The position numbers were made by a program, and so were the translations under genes. A DNA stretch of 59,474 bases from a virus (taxonomy: Duplodnaviria > Caudoviricetes). The stretch lies in the IMG/VR virus record IMGVR_UViG_3300044940_000380, positions 1-59,474 of that record; one strand, written 5' to 3'. Of this stretch, positions 48,494 to 59,041 are shown in pieces. Every line of letters begins with the position of its first letter. Positions within the stretch are counted from its first letter, which is position 1. Below the pieces are notes generated by a model that worked only from the letters and a program-made list of their open reading frames with translations, did not search any database and was not told the origin of the DNA.

Positions 48494-49024
48494 ATGACCA
48501 ACTACGCTCAGATCGAACAGCGGACCGCTTTTCTTCATACCGAATTCGGTGAAGAACTTGCTCGTCGGTGGTTCGGCGATGAATCCGTCAACGCACTTCC
48601 TCGTTACAAGCGCGGTAAACATAAGGGTAAAATCAAAGGTGCAGTCACTTGGTCAAAAGTTCTTCGTGGCGGTTGGGTTCGTGATGGCTTGTATGGTTAC
48701 GTTGAAAACCGCGTTGGTCACGTCTTTGAACGCAAGCTTCACGAGATTTATTTCAACTTTAATGGAACTCATGTGGGTCGAGTTTTGCGCGATCTTGATA
48801 AAGAACAAGAAATGAATCAGATTTCTGATACTGTTCGTATTGATATCGACAATCAAATTCGCAAAATTGATCGCTATCGTTCCAAACTTGAAACCACTAT
48901 TCTTTCCGAAAAGTTTGATGAATATGCTGAAGATTTTCGGCGAATCATTTCTGAATACAATGAAGAAATCGCTGCTCTTATCGAGCAGCTCAAAAAACTT
49001 CAAATAAATAAATTTAATGAGTAA
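48494..49024 (+). CDS. Hypothetical early protein
   Basis: TTTACA..TATACT promoter near 48435, GAGGG RBS, elevated GC. Confidence 0.75.
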   Translation: MTNYAQIEQRTAFLHTEFGEELARRWFGDESVNALPRYKRGKHKGKIKGAVTWSKVLRGGWVRDGLYGYVENRVGHVFERKLHEIYFNFNGTHVGRVLRDLDKEQEMNQISDTVRIDIDNQIRKIDRYRSKLETTILSEKFDEYAEDFRRIISEYNEEIAALIEQLKKLQINKFNE

Positions 49025-50390
49025 AAAACAAAAAATACCCTCAAAAGAAGAAATATTAGAACTTTATGAAAGAGAAGGATGTACAATTTCTTCTCTTTCA
49101 AGATACTATAATAAGTCAAATCCTACAATAAGATCTTGGCTCATTCATTATGGAATACCAAGAAAATCTCAAAAACAGGCTTCTGCAGAAGCCAATAAAC
49201 TTAAAAGTAGCTCTCCAAGTAAAACTGAATTAAAAGAAGCATATTCAAAATCTTCATTAAAAGAAATTCAAAGTACTTTCAAGATAAGACAAAACAAGAC
49301 TTATAGTTTATTAAAAGAATATAATTTACCTATAAGAACACATTCTGAAGCGACATCTTTAGGTAAAAAGAAACAATATTCAGAAAAGCAATTTTCTAAA
49401 GAATTATTGGAAGAAATATATGAAAGAAATCAACCAATCGAAAAATTAGCTTTTCAACTTTCTGTATCTGTTTCTCATTTAAAAAAACTTTTTAAATCAT
49501 ATAATATTAAACCAGAAATACTTTATAGAAGCAAAAAAGAAATGGAATTATTTGATTATTGTAGAGAAAAATATAAAGAAGATGAATGGGTCTATTGTGA
49601 TAAGAGTGTAATAGCTCCATATGAACTTGATATAGTGAATAAAACAAGAAAAATTGCAATCGAATATTGCGGATTGTATTGGCATTCAGAAAATACCGGT
49701 AAAAAAGATTCAAATTATCATTTCAACAAATTTCTTATGTGCAAAAAAGCCGGTTATAAGCTGATAACTGTTTTTGAAAATGATGACATGAATAAAATCA
49801 AATCTTTACTTGATACTTTACATCAAAAAAATAAAAGAATATATGCAAGAAACACAGAAATTGTTGAAATAAATCCTTATTCAGCTCGTCGTTTTTGTGA
49901 AAAATATCACATGAATGGTTTTGTCGGTGGTAAGTATCATTATGGTCTTGTGCACAATTTAAATTTAGTTATGGTATGTTCTTTTGGTGTATCTCGTTTC
50001 AATAAAAAAATGGAATATGAGTGCACACGAATGGCATGTGCATCAGGTATTACTGTTGTTGGAGGAGCTTCTAAACTTTTCAAGCACTTCATCAAAACAG
50101 TAAAACCGTCTTCGTGTGTTACATATGCAGATCTTCGTTTTGGTGAAGGTGACGTTTATAAACATTGTGGATTTAAATTTGAACAATATACTGGAGCAAA
50201 TTATTGGTATTTTCATAAAGATAACACGTCAGTTCTTTTTTCAAGAGTAAAATTTCAAAAACACAAATTGAAAGATAAACTGCAATTTTTTGATGAAAAC
50301 TTGACAGAATATCAAAATATGTTAGCAAATGGTTGGGACAGAATATGGGACTGTGGAAATGCTAAATACATTTGGCATTCCAATGAATAG
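49017..50390 (+). CDS. Hef-like putative homing endonuclease (HTH repeats + nuclease + GNAT-like domain)
   Basis: ELDI..IAIEYCGLYWH; YAR..HM.G..GGASKL..YAD.RF..G.VY..GF..DCG. Confidence 0.75.
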   Translation: MSKKQKIPSKEEILELYEREGCTISSLSRYYNKSNPTIRSWLIHYGIPRKSQKQASAEANKLKSSSPSKTELKEAYSKSSLKEIQSTFKIRQNKTYSLLKEYNLPIRTHSEATSLGKKKQYSEKQFSKELLEEIYERNQPIEKLAFQLSVSVSHLKKLFKSYNIKPEILYRSKKEMELFDYCREKYKEDEWVYCDKSVIAPYELDIVNKTRKIAIEYCGLYWHSENTGKKDSNYHFNKFLMCKKAGYKLITVFENDDMNKIKSLLDTLHQKNKRIYARNTEIVEINPYSARRFCEKYHMNGFVGGKYHYGLVHNLNLVMVCSFGVSRFNKKMEYECTRMACASGITVVGGASKLFKHFIKTVKPSSCVTYADLRFGEGDVYKHCGFKFEQYTGANYWYFHKDNTSVLFSRVKFQKHKLKDKLQFFDENLTEYQNMLANGWDRIWDCGNAKYIWHSNE

Positions 50391-52065
50391 AGAAGAAGTT
50401 ATTTCTTTTATATTAGAAACTATAAAGAAAAGTCCATATGGATATATGAAGATTTTAAAATCAAAACGCTCTGAAATAGAACAGCATTTTACTTTAGTCA
50501 CAGATTCATTTAAAGAAAATTTATATTTACTTGTTCATGGTATAAAGGAAATTCCTTTATGTCAAGTGTGTAAAGAAAAGAAGAAAGTCTTTTTTGATTT
50601 CAAAAAAGGTTATGGAAAAACATGTTCAAAATTATGTTCTGCAAAATTGGGCGGAGAAGCAAATAAAAGAAAATTGTCAAAAATAACACTTGAAGAAAAA
50701 AGAAAAATTGAAGAAAAAAGAATTAACACAAATCAGTTATTATATGGAGTAAATTATCCTCTTCAAAGAGAGGAATCAAAGAAAAAATTCAAACAAACTT
50801 GTAAAGAGCGATACGGTGATTCACATTTTATGAAAAATGAATATTTTTATGAACACTATAAATCAAAAATAAAAGAAAAATATGGAGTAGAATTTTACTT
50901 TCAAACTGAAGAATCTAAATCTAGAAGTTCGATATTGATTCATCAAAAACATTCAAACAACTTTTTCAAAAATTATTTCTTTCAAAGATATGGTGTAGAA
51001 AATTATTATCAAACAGAAGAAGGTTTACGAAAACAATTAAGAGAAAGAAATTGTGAATTTCTTTTTGAAACAATTGAACAATATTTAGACGGAAGGACAT
51101 ATCTTGAGATAGCAAATCAATTCAATATAACAGATCATATGATCAAAAAAATAATTTTATTTAAAGGAATTGATTATACACCAATTAAGTATGAAAGTTC
51201 TTTTGAAAGAGAAATAAAAGAATTCTTATTGAAACATATAAGCCCTCAAGATATGATATTCAATGATAGAACAATTTTAAATGGTCTTGAATTAGATGTG
51301 CTGATACCAAACAAAAATTTAGCAATAGAATGTAATGGTGTATATTATCACACAGACCAATTTAAAGAACCAGAATATCATAAACAAAAATATGAGATGT
51401 GCAGAGCTCTTAATATTCTTTTAATACAAATAGATGATATAGATTATTATAAAAATAAAGAAAAATGGCAATATTTTATACTATCTAAACTTAATAATAA
51501 TATGAAAACTGTATATGCAAGAAACTGTGAAATAAAGGAAGTTTCATCTCAAGATGCTAAAGTTTTTATAGAAAACAATCATCTTCAGGGATATGCTAAT
51601 TCAAGATTTAAATTCGGATTATATGATAATAAATCAAATGAATTAGTTGCTATATCAACTTTTGCTAAACCAAGATTTTCTCAAAAATATGATTATGAGC
51701 TTGTAAGATTCTGTTCTAAAAGAGGAATCAGAGTTTTGGGTGGTTTTTCTAAATTAATTTCACATTTTTATAAAAATGTGATGAAAAAAGACGAAACATG
51801 TGTTTCTTATGCAAATTGTTTTTGGTCAAATGGTGATGTTTATGAAAAAACTGGATTTTCTTTTGTGAGAACTACAAGTCCAAATTATGTATGGTCGGAT
51901 GGAAAGACAAAATTGAGTAAATATCAATCTCAAAAGAAGAAATTATTTGAAAAATACGGTGATATCGTAAAAACAGAAGAAGATTTTATGCGAAATGTTC
52001 TTCGAATGAATAGATATTATGATGCTGGAAATAGAATTTATGTATTAAAAAAAGGCGAGATTTAA
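50383..52065 (+). CDS. Hef-like putative homing endonuclease
   Basis: CxxC..CS..C Zn motif, KYG repeats, ELD..P..NLAIECNG.YYH, same C-terminal domain. Confidence 0.75.
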   Translation: MNREEVISFILETIKKSPYGYMKILKSKRSEIEQHFTLVTDSFKENLYLLVHGIKEIPLCQVCKEKKKVFFDFKKGYGKTCSKLCSAKLGGEANKRKLSKITLEEKRKIEEKRINTNQLLYGVNYPLQREESKKKFKQTCKERYGDSHFMKNEYFYEHYKSKIKEKYGVEFYFQTEESKSRSSILIHQKHSNNFFKNYFFQRYGVENYYQTEEGLRKQLRERNCEFLFETIEQYLDGRTYLEIANQFNITDHMIKKIILFKGIDYTPIKYESSFEREIKEFLLKHISPQDMIFNDRTILNGLELDVLIPNKNLAIECNGVYYHTDQFKEPEYHKQKYEMCRALNILLIQIDDIDYYKNKEKWQYFILSKLNNNMKTVYARNCEIKEVSSQDAKVFIENNHLQGYANSRFKFGLYDNKSNELVAISTFAKPRFSQKYDYELVRFCSKRGIRVLGGFSKLISHFYKNVMKKDETCVSYANCFWSNGDVYEKTGFSFVRTTSPNYVWSDGKTKLSKYQSQKKKLFEKYGDIVKTEEDFMRNVLRMNRYYDAGNRIYVLKKGEI

Positions 52066-52075
52066 ATCTCGCCTT
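52049..52075. terminator. Terminator hairpin between convergent genes
   Basis: AAGGCGAGAT-ttaa-ATCTCGCCTT; A run gives a U tail for the gp23 transcript. Confidence 0.75.
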
Positions 52076-52109
52076 AGTTCGATTCGGTTGATTCCGAATT
52101 CTTTTTTTA

Positions 52110-53414
52110 TTAAAGAAGGTTGATGACGCGCATCTTTCTGTAGTAAACGTTACTATTTGGAGTGAGTGCTCCAAGATTTTGTGCAGCACCTCCAGCGAAT
52201 GGGTTTGCAACCATGCCATATCTTGTTTTGAAGCCGATTTTTGGCTGGAAGCTGTGCTCACCGACGGCGCGGTACATTTGTAGAGGTACATATGGGCAAT
52301 AGAAAATACCCGCGTCAAATGCAGAACTACCCTTATAACCAACAATTAGATAGTTTCCTCCAGAATATGGATCAATATAAACACGGTAGCGGCTATTAAG
52401 AACACCAGCAAAAGTAATACCCGTATCATCTACGTTAAGAGCATTGCTGTTAAGAGCTGGTGCATAATCAAGAACACCGGCCATTTGCAATGCTGAAGCT
52501 ACGTCAGAGGAACAAATAACGATGTTACCCTTCCCTCTACGAGTCGCTTTTGCGACGGCGTTAGCTTCTGTTTCAATTTGCATCATGAGCCCTTTATACT
52601 TTTCAACTGACCAGCGACCATTTGCATCTACATCAAGGTCGAAAATACCACTGTTTGCAGTATTAACAGCACCAGTAACTGCAGCACTATATATTGTACG
52701 AATAACTTCTCTGTTAATCTCAACGAGAATTTCAGATGAAAGAATATTTGCAAGCTCAGTTTCAGCATCCAAACCATGAATTGCTTTGAGGTCCTGTGCA
52801 ATTTCAGTGGTGTATTCTGTTTTTAGTGCGCGGCTTTTAGCAGTTACAGTTACTTTTTCAATTGAGAATGCCATTTCTGCGAAGTCGTTAGTTCCTGGAA
52901 TAGAACCAAGAGCTTCTGCATCGGCAGTATTCATAGCAGTACCGTAGTTAGTATTGTTTGGAAGTCCTGCCGTGTTTGGAGTGCCTGTACCAGAAAATGC
53001 AGTATTTGCTTCATCGTAAAATGCTTCTGGACCTGACATTGAATTGTATCTAGAACGCATTGCAAAAATAAGACCTGTAGGACCCGTCATTGGCTGAACG
53101 CCTGCAATATCATATGCAATGAGATTGGGCATTGCACGACGAACTAGACTGATAAGAACTGGATCGTAACCAGCAACAGGACCAGCTGCTGGAGAAGAAC
53201 CACCAAATCCTCCAGTTCCAACCGCATTAGTTGGAGTTTCAAAAAGAAGTGAAGTCATAGAAACACCAGAACGGTCTTCCATAAGAGCTTTTTCTGTGTT
53301 TTCAAGAACCACAGCAGTCACAAACTTCTTTTTATTATCATTAATTGGATCAAAGGCTTTATGCTCAAGTAGAGGACCCCACTTTGACATCAAGTCTCTG
53401 TTTAATTGATTCAT
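52110..53414 (-). CDS. gp23: Major capsid protein
   Basis: DPVLISLVRRAMPNLIAYDIAGVQPMTGPTGLIFAMR, SRALKTEY, FYCPYVPL, PKIGFKTRYG; TATAAATA at 53447-53454. Confidence 0.98.
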   Translation of the reverse strand: MNQLNRDLMSKWGPLLEHKAFDPINDNKKKFVTAVVLENTEKALMEDRSGVSMTSLLFETPTNAVGTGGFGGSSPAAGPVAGYDPVLISLVRRAMPNLIAYDIAGVQPMTGPTGLIFAMRSRYNSMSGPEAFYDEANTAFSGTGTPNTAGLPNNTNYGTAMNTADAEALGSIPGTNDFAEMAFSIEKVTVTAKSRALKTEYTTEIAQDLKAIHGLDAETELANILSSEILVEINREVIRTIYSAAVTGAVNTANSGIFDLDVDANGRWSVEKYKGLMMQIETEANAVAKATRRGKGNIVICSSDVASALQMAGVLDYAPALNSNALNVDDTGITFAGVLNSRYRVYIDPYSGGNYLIVGYKGSSAFDAGIFYCPYVPLQMYRAVGEHSFQPKIGFKTRYGMVANPFAGGAAQNLGALTPNSNVYYRKMRVINLL

Positions 53415-53472
53415 TTTGTCTCTCCTTATTGTTGTTATTCTAGTTTTATTTATAAATTTTTATTTTTTACAA

Positions 53473-54453
53473 TTATTTGAAAACACGATTATTAAGAGCT
53501 TTTACTATAGCATCAACAGATGAATAACCGGAAGGAGAAGATTTTGTTTCTTCTGTAAGAAGAGGTTCTTCTTCATCGTTGAATTTTTCATTAAATGTGG
53601 ACACGGAAGAATTTTTCTTTTTGAAGAAAGATTCTTTTAAAGTCTGAAGAGAAGAAGCATATTCGTCAAGATCGCTCTTATCTATTTTTTCAGAAAGTAT
53701 TTTAAGTCTTTCTTTTTGAGAAACTGTAAGTCCTTCTGCAATTTCGTTAAAGACCTTTTCTGCTTGCATCTCAGAAATTAATTTAATAAGTTCAATATTT
53801 TCATTAATAACTTCATTTGCTTTCTTTTCTAATTCAACTACTTGATTCTCAAGAACAGATACAACATCAACTTTTTCGTCATCTATATCTATATTATGCT
53901 CTATAAATAACGTTTTTAGTCCTTCCATAAAGGACTCTGCCATTTCTACTTTAATACCAGATTCAATAGCAATTTTATTATCTTCCATCCATTCTGAAAT
54001 GATATAATCAAGATATGAATCAAGACTTTCTACAATTTCATCAATTATATCATTTACTCTACTTTCAATTTTATTAGACATTTCTTCTTCGATTTGTTCA
54101 GTAATTTTTGATGCCTTTATGGTAGCAGCTTCATTTACTGCTGCTTCAAAAACCATTGAAACTTTTTTCTTAAAATCTTCAGAAAGATCCATTCCTTCAA
54201 AAATTGAAGCTATGGATTCTCGTATAGAAATTTCTTCAAGAGAATCTTCTTCATCAAGATCTTCATCTTCTTTAAGATTTTTTTCTAATTCTTCTTCGTC
54301 TTCGGGCATTGTTAGTTTTTTTGGATCCTGATCAACCTTTTTATTTAAATCTGCTAGACGCTTTTTTACTTTTCCTCCAGCTGGTATAACTGGGCTTGGA
54401 ACACTAGAAACACCGTCATCAGCAACAAATTTTTCTTTTAAATCATGTGACAT
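53473..54453 (-). CDS. gp22: Prohead core scaffold protein
   Basis: LSEDFK.K...FEAAV, DSYLDY...EW..N..AIE.GIK.E.AESF..GLK..F.EH; TATAAATA at 54489-54496. Confidence 0.92.
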   Translation of the reverse strand: MSHDLKEKFVADDGVSSVPSPVIPAGGKVKKRLADLNKKVDQDPKKLTMPEDEEELEKNLKEDEDLDEEDSLEEISIRESIASIFEGMDLSEDFKKKVSMVFEAAVNEAATIKASKITEQIEEEMSNKIESRVNDIIDEIVESLDSYLDYIISEWMEDNKIAIESGIKVEMAESFMEGLKTLFIEHNIDIDDEKVDVVSVLENQVVELEKKANEVINENIELIKLISEMQAEKVFNEIAEGLTVSQKERLKILSEKIDKSDLDEYASSLQTLKESFFKKKNSSVSTFNEKFNDEEEPLLTEETKSSPSGYSSVDAIVKALNNRVFK

Positions 54454-54517
54454 TTTTATCTCCTTTTTATTGGACATTTTCATATTATTATTTATAATAA
54501 TTCATTTATCAAATGAA

Positions 54518-56219
54518 TTAATGAAAATTCGAGTATACAAAACAATAATTACCAGCATCTAATAATTTTTTATTATTTATAATTTGAATATTTTCTTTTA
54601 CATTTTTGAAAATATGATTAGAGTTACTATGATAAATTTTATTCATTCCAATTTCTTTAAAAACTGATCCATCAGAAAATCTTGCATCTGAATAAGCTAT
54701 TACGTTTCTTGGACTGAAATCTTCAATGAATTTTTTCCAAAGTTTTTCTGCTCCTCCTGATACATAAAAACCAAGACGAGAACATATTGTAATTATTTTC
54801 CATTTATGGATATCAGATGTATCTTGAGAAAAAGAAGCAATTTGAACAATGTTGTTTTCTGAATCTATAAGACCATAATTAACAGATCCCGGTTCACAAA
54901 ATTCTATACTATTATCATTGATAAATTTTTGAGCAGAATTAAAAGAGATTTGAATGATCCGACAATTTTCAATATTTATTCTTTTAAAAAATTTTAAAAC
55001 ATCTTTCAAAAGAAACATTATTTTCTCATACTTTTCAATCAATTCCCAATCAAAAAATTGTAATAAACGTATATTTGCTTTTTCTGCTGCAATTGCTTTT
55101 TCTCTATGTTGATCACCAACTTTATCTTCTGTATGCCAATAAGAACCATGATATTCTATACCCAAATTATAATCTGGAAGCCAAATATCTATTTCTTTTG
55201 GAAAAATTACAGAACGAGTGTTTCTTATTATTTTGATATTCGGGTCAATTTCAAGTAACATTTTACAAATGATTTCTTCACCGCTTGAAGTAGAACAAGA
55301 ATAAGATCTGTCTAATATCGAAAATCCATTCTTTTTAAATTTTCGAGCAAGTGTATTGCGATCTATTCCTAAAGATTTTGCGAGCTGATTGATTGAAAGT
55401 GAATCGTTTTTATAATAATCATTATAAAGATTTTCAACATCATAAGTAAGAATATGAAATAGATCTTCACCATAATAATTGAATTTTTTTCTCTTTGAAG
55501 ATTTTTGAGATATTAAAGAAGATTGCATAGCATTACGTACATTGTATTTTTCTTCATTTGTTTTTTCTATTTTAGAAAGAAGAATTTTTGAAGAAAATCC
55601 TCTGCCGCCATATTTAGATTTTAGTGTATTTGTTATAGATTCTATAATTTTTTGAGAGCCAAATGGATTTTCTGAACCATATTTTTCTAAACACGTCTTT
55701 TTGATTTGATCAGAATTTCTATAATTTTCATTTCCATATTTTTTTAATTTTGTTTCTTTAGCTTTACTTATATTTACAAAGAATTCATCTCCATATAAGA
55801 TCTTTTTTGTCCTTCTTGCTTTGATGACCATAGAATTGTAATCAAAGAATGTTTCTGATCCATATTTGTTCAAACAAGTTTGTTTACGTTTTTTAACAGC
55901 AGAATTCCAATCTATTTTTTCTTTTCTTTTTTTCTTGTACACATTCTTTATGAGCATAAACGCGTTTTCTTCTATTACTTATATTGAAAAAATCTAATTC
56001 ACCGCCACAAATATTACAAAAAGGTATAACGCAATTTTTGTTGATAACAATATCAACAATCAAATCGATTGGTGCTCTTTTTAAAAAAGTCTCATAAAAA
56101 AGATTTTCTACAATAGAATCTTTAGTTAAATCTCTTTTAGAATTAAGAGTATTGTTTTTAGTTAATAATTTTAATTCTTTGAATAATTCTAAAAAAGGCG
56201 TGTCACATGGTGTTATCAT
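54518..56219 (-). mobile_element. Hef-like endonuclease split by a one-base frameshift (ORFs 55893..56219 and 54518..55957)
   Basis: N-terminal CxxC fragment continues in the +1 frame at an A7 run into KYG repeats and EIDI..IEYHGSYWH. Confidence 0.7.
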
Positions 56220-56230
56220 GATTTAAAAAA

Positions 56231-56932
56231 TCAATAGTTATTTTTAAGATTATTTACAAAATCTTCAAAAATTCTTATTGCTTTTCTTTCATCAATTTTT
56301 GGACTTGTAACTTTAGATTTTGGTTTGATATATTCTTTTTTCAATTCTTTAACTGTTTCTTGAATATACTGTTGAACTTTCCAAGTTCCAGAAGCTATAT
56401 CATAATAGTATTCTGTATTTTCCATTATACCATTTACAAAGCATTGAGGACCGCTAGGATCCGTCACGATATCTATAGCAGCAAGATGAAAATCATCTTG
56501 AACTTCCATAATACCATTTTTTATGGGCTTTACAGATCCAAGACCTCTTGTAGAAACGCCTATTTTCACGCCTTCTTCGATAAATGTTTTTGCAATTTGG
56601 CCCATAGGAGTTGAAAGAATTTTAGCTTTACCTAAGAAATTTGAACCTTCACGTTTCATTTCTGTAATCAAATGCGAAACACGATCCTGATTAATCTGAG
56701 GTCCATTTGGATGACCGAGTTCACCAAGAGCTCTGTTTGTTTTGATAAATGTTTCATTATATCTGTTCATTTCTTTTTCTAAGACATGTGAAGGATAGAT
56801 GCGGCCGTTCCTATTCTGAATATCACCTTGCATAAAAATGCCTGTAATATAAAGAGACTTTTTTCCACTTTCGTTTGATTCAGTAAGAACTTCACAATTT
56901 TCGTTAAATACTTCTGTTATAAGTAGTGCCAT
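56231..56932 (-). CDS. gp21: Prohead protease
   Basis: GIFMQ..N.NGRIY, ALGELGHP, RVSH, GVSTRGLGS, DIVTDPS; TATAAATA at 56965-56972. Confidence 0.95.
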   Translation of the reverse strand: MALLITEVFNENCEVLTESNESGKKSLYITGIFMQGDIQNRNGRIYPSHVLEKEMNRYNETFIKTNRALGELGHPNGPQINQDRVSHLITEMKREGSNFLGKAKILSTPMGQIAKTFIEEGVKIGVSTRGLGSVKPIKNGIMEVQDDFHLAAIDIVTDPSGPQCFVNGIMENTEYYYDIASGTWKVQQYIQETVKELKKEYIKPKSKVTSPKIDERKAIRIFEDFVNNLKNNY

Positions 56933-56963
56933 TTTTTCCTCTTAATTTTTTGTTATTATTATT

Positions 56964-58646
56964 TTATTTATAATAAACAAAAACTTTATTACCAGCATCA
57001 AAAATTATTCTATAACCATTAGATAACATATTTTCTTTTTCTGATAATTCAGGATTAAATCCTTCTTTAAGCAAATTTTTCAGTTTATGTTTTTGCGCAG
57101 AAATTCTTGATAATTTATCTTGTCCTTTAATATACCAGTAATTTGGAGAAGAATCATGAGAATAGTTAAATCCAAGTTTTTCATATAATTTTCCATTAAA
57201 TAATCTATTATCTGAAAAACTTATAATTGAACTAAAATTAAAGTTTTTTGTAAAATAACTGAATAATTTGGAAGCACCTCCTCTTATAGAAGAATATTTT
57301 TTGTTACAAAATCGTATCATTTCATAATCATGATTACTTTTTGATCTAGGTCTTGAAAAAGACATAATTGAAACTAATTCATCTTTATGAAATAAACCTA
57401 ATTTAATTCGAGAAGGAGCATAACCCTGCATATGATTTTCTTCACAAAAAAGTTTGTACTCTTTTAAAGAAATTTCTTTTACAAGACAATCTCTTGCATT
57501 AATTTTATGATCGTAAAAACCAAATCTAGATTTAATTAGAGAAAAAACGATATCTTCTTTTTCTTCTAATTCCCAATCAAATAATTGAATTAATTCTATG
57601 TTTGCTTTTTTAGCTAATAAGTATTTATTTTGATGTTTACTTTCTTCTATATTTGAATGCCAAAAAGATCCATGATATTCTATACCTAAATTGAATTCAG
57701 GAATGTAAAGATCTATTTCTTTTTGACCGCCTAGTAATTTTCTATCATGAGAAATGATTTTTCCATCATAAAAAGACTCTATAAATTGTTTAATGATGAG
57801 TTCGCCATTAGATACATAATATCTTCTTATTATCGGCAGATTCAAATCTATTAATTGAGATTTTACATAATTAAAAGGTAAATTATATTTCTTACATATA
57901 TAAGAAATAGTATGACCTTCTTCTACATGCTCTTTATCATAGATTTCCTTTAAAGATTTAATTGAATTCTTTTGTTCTTCCAAAAAAAGATTCCAATAAT
58001 TTTCCATTCTAGTTTTTATTGATTTTTGAATTACATTAAAATTTTTATTTGGATGATCAACACCATATTTTTGAATAAAAGTTTGTTTTCTTTTTTCTTT
58101 TACTTCAAAAGAAGAAGATACATTTTCAACACCATATTTTTCTATATTAGTTTTCTTAATTTTTTCCTTAACTTTTTCTGATTGAAATGGATTACTTACA
58201 TTATGATTTTTATTTAATGTGTTTAATCTTTTTTGTTTAATTTCATTATTTTTGAATGAATGTTCAACGCCATATTTTTTTATGCAAGTTTCCTTATACT
58301 TTTTCTTAGTAGAGTTCAATTGAGAAATATGTTCAACACCATATCTTTTTATTGTTGTGATTTTTCTCTTTTCATTTTTTTCTTTTTTTCTACAATCATA
58401 ACAAATGAATTTACGAAAATCAAGTTTCTTAGTAAGAGGAGAACTACAAATGATACAAATAGTATTTCCTGTTTGCAATAAACAATTAATTTTATCTATA
58501 AGTTGTATTTCTTCATCAATTTCAAACAAATCTTCTATTTTAGAAGCTAATTCTTTATCTATTTTTTGATGAAGATTTTTTCTGATAATTTTGTTTGAAT
58601 TAGTTAAAAGCTTACTCTTAATTTCAGCAATCACATCTTGAATCAT
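56964..58646 (-). CDS. Hef-like putative homing endonuclease
   Basis: CxxC..CxxC, KYGV repeats, EIDLYIP..GIEYHGSFWH, NHMQG..RFC..GGASKL..DAG. Confidence 0.75.
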   Translation of the reverse strand: MIQDVIAEIKSKLLTNSNKIIRKNLHQKIDKELASKIEDLFEIDEEIQLIDKINCLLQTGNTICIICSSPLTKKLDFRKFICYDCRKKEKNEKRKITTIKRYGVEHISQLNSTKKKYKETCIKKYGVEHSFKNNEIKQKRLNTLNKNHNVSNPFQSEKVKEKIKKTNIEKYGVENVSSSFEVKEKRKQTFIQKYGVDHPNKNFNVIQKSIKTRMENYWNLFLEEQKNSIKSLKEIYDKEHVEEGHTISYICKKYNLPFNYVKSQLIDLNLPIIRRYYVSNGELIIKQFIESFYDGKIISHDRKLLGGQKEIDLYIPEFNLGIEYHGSFWHSNIEESKHQNKYLLAKKANIELIQLFDWELEEKEDIVFSLIKSRFGFYDHKINARDCLVKEISLKEYKLFCEENHMQGYAPSRIKLGLFHKDELVSIMSFSRPRSKSNHDYEMIRFCNKKYSSIRGGASKLFSYFTKNFNFSSIISFSDNRLFNGKLYEKLGFNYSHDSSPNYWYIKGQDKLSRISAQKHKLKNLLKEGFNPELSEKENMLSNGYRIIFDAGNKVFVYYK

Positions 58647-58694
58647 TTCATTGATTTTTCTTTATTAACAAAAATTTTATTAATAGATTAAAAA

Positions 58695-59039
58695 CTATTC
58701 TATTTCATTTAATGAGTCGACTTCAGATATCATACTCAAATTATTTTCAGATAAAACTTCATTAAAGTGATCTAAATCAGTTATATCATCTCTAAAGCTA
58801 TATATTAAATTGTCAATAATAGGTTGAGCGTATTCCATTCCGAGTGGAAGAGGTTCTATTTTTTTAATCCAATTTTCAAATTGTTCGCTTGTATAAGCAT
58901 GAAGACCGTAATGTGTGACGGAATGACCATCTGAAGAAAGAGGAACAGAATAGTTATTATTTCCCCATCCCATTGCATAAGCAACTTGATTTGCAAAGTC
59001 CACTAAATTATTTGGAATTATAAGAACTGTACTGCGCAT
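58695..59039 (-). CDS. Hypothetical protein downstream of adhesin-like gene
   Basis: ATG 59039 just after the upstream stop, GGAGG RBS. Confidence 0.6.
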   Translation of the reverse strand: MRSTVLIIPNNLVDFANQVAYAMGWGNNNYSVPLSSDGHSVTHYGLHAYTSEQFENWIKKIEPLPLGMEYAQPIIDNLIYSFRDDITDLDHFNEVLSENNLSMISEVDSLNEIE

Positions 59040-59041
59040 GA

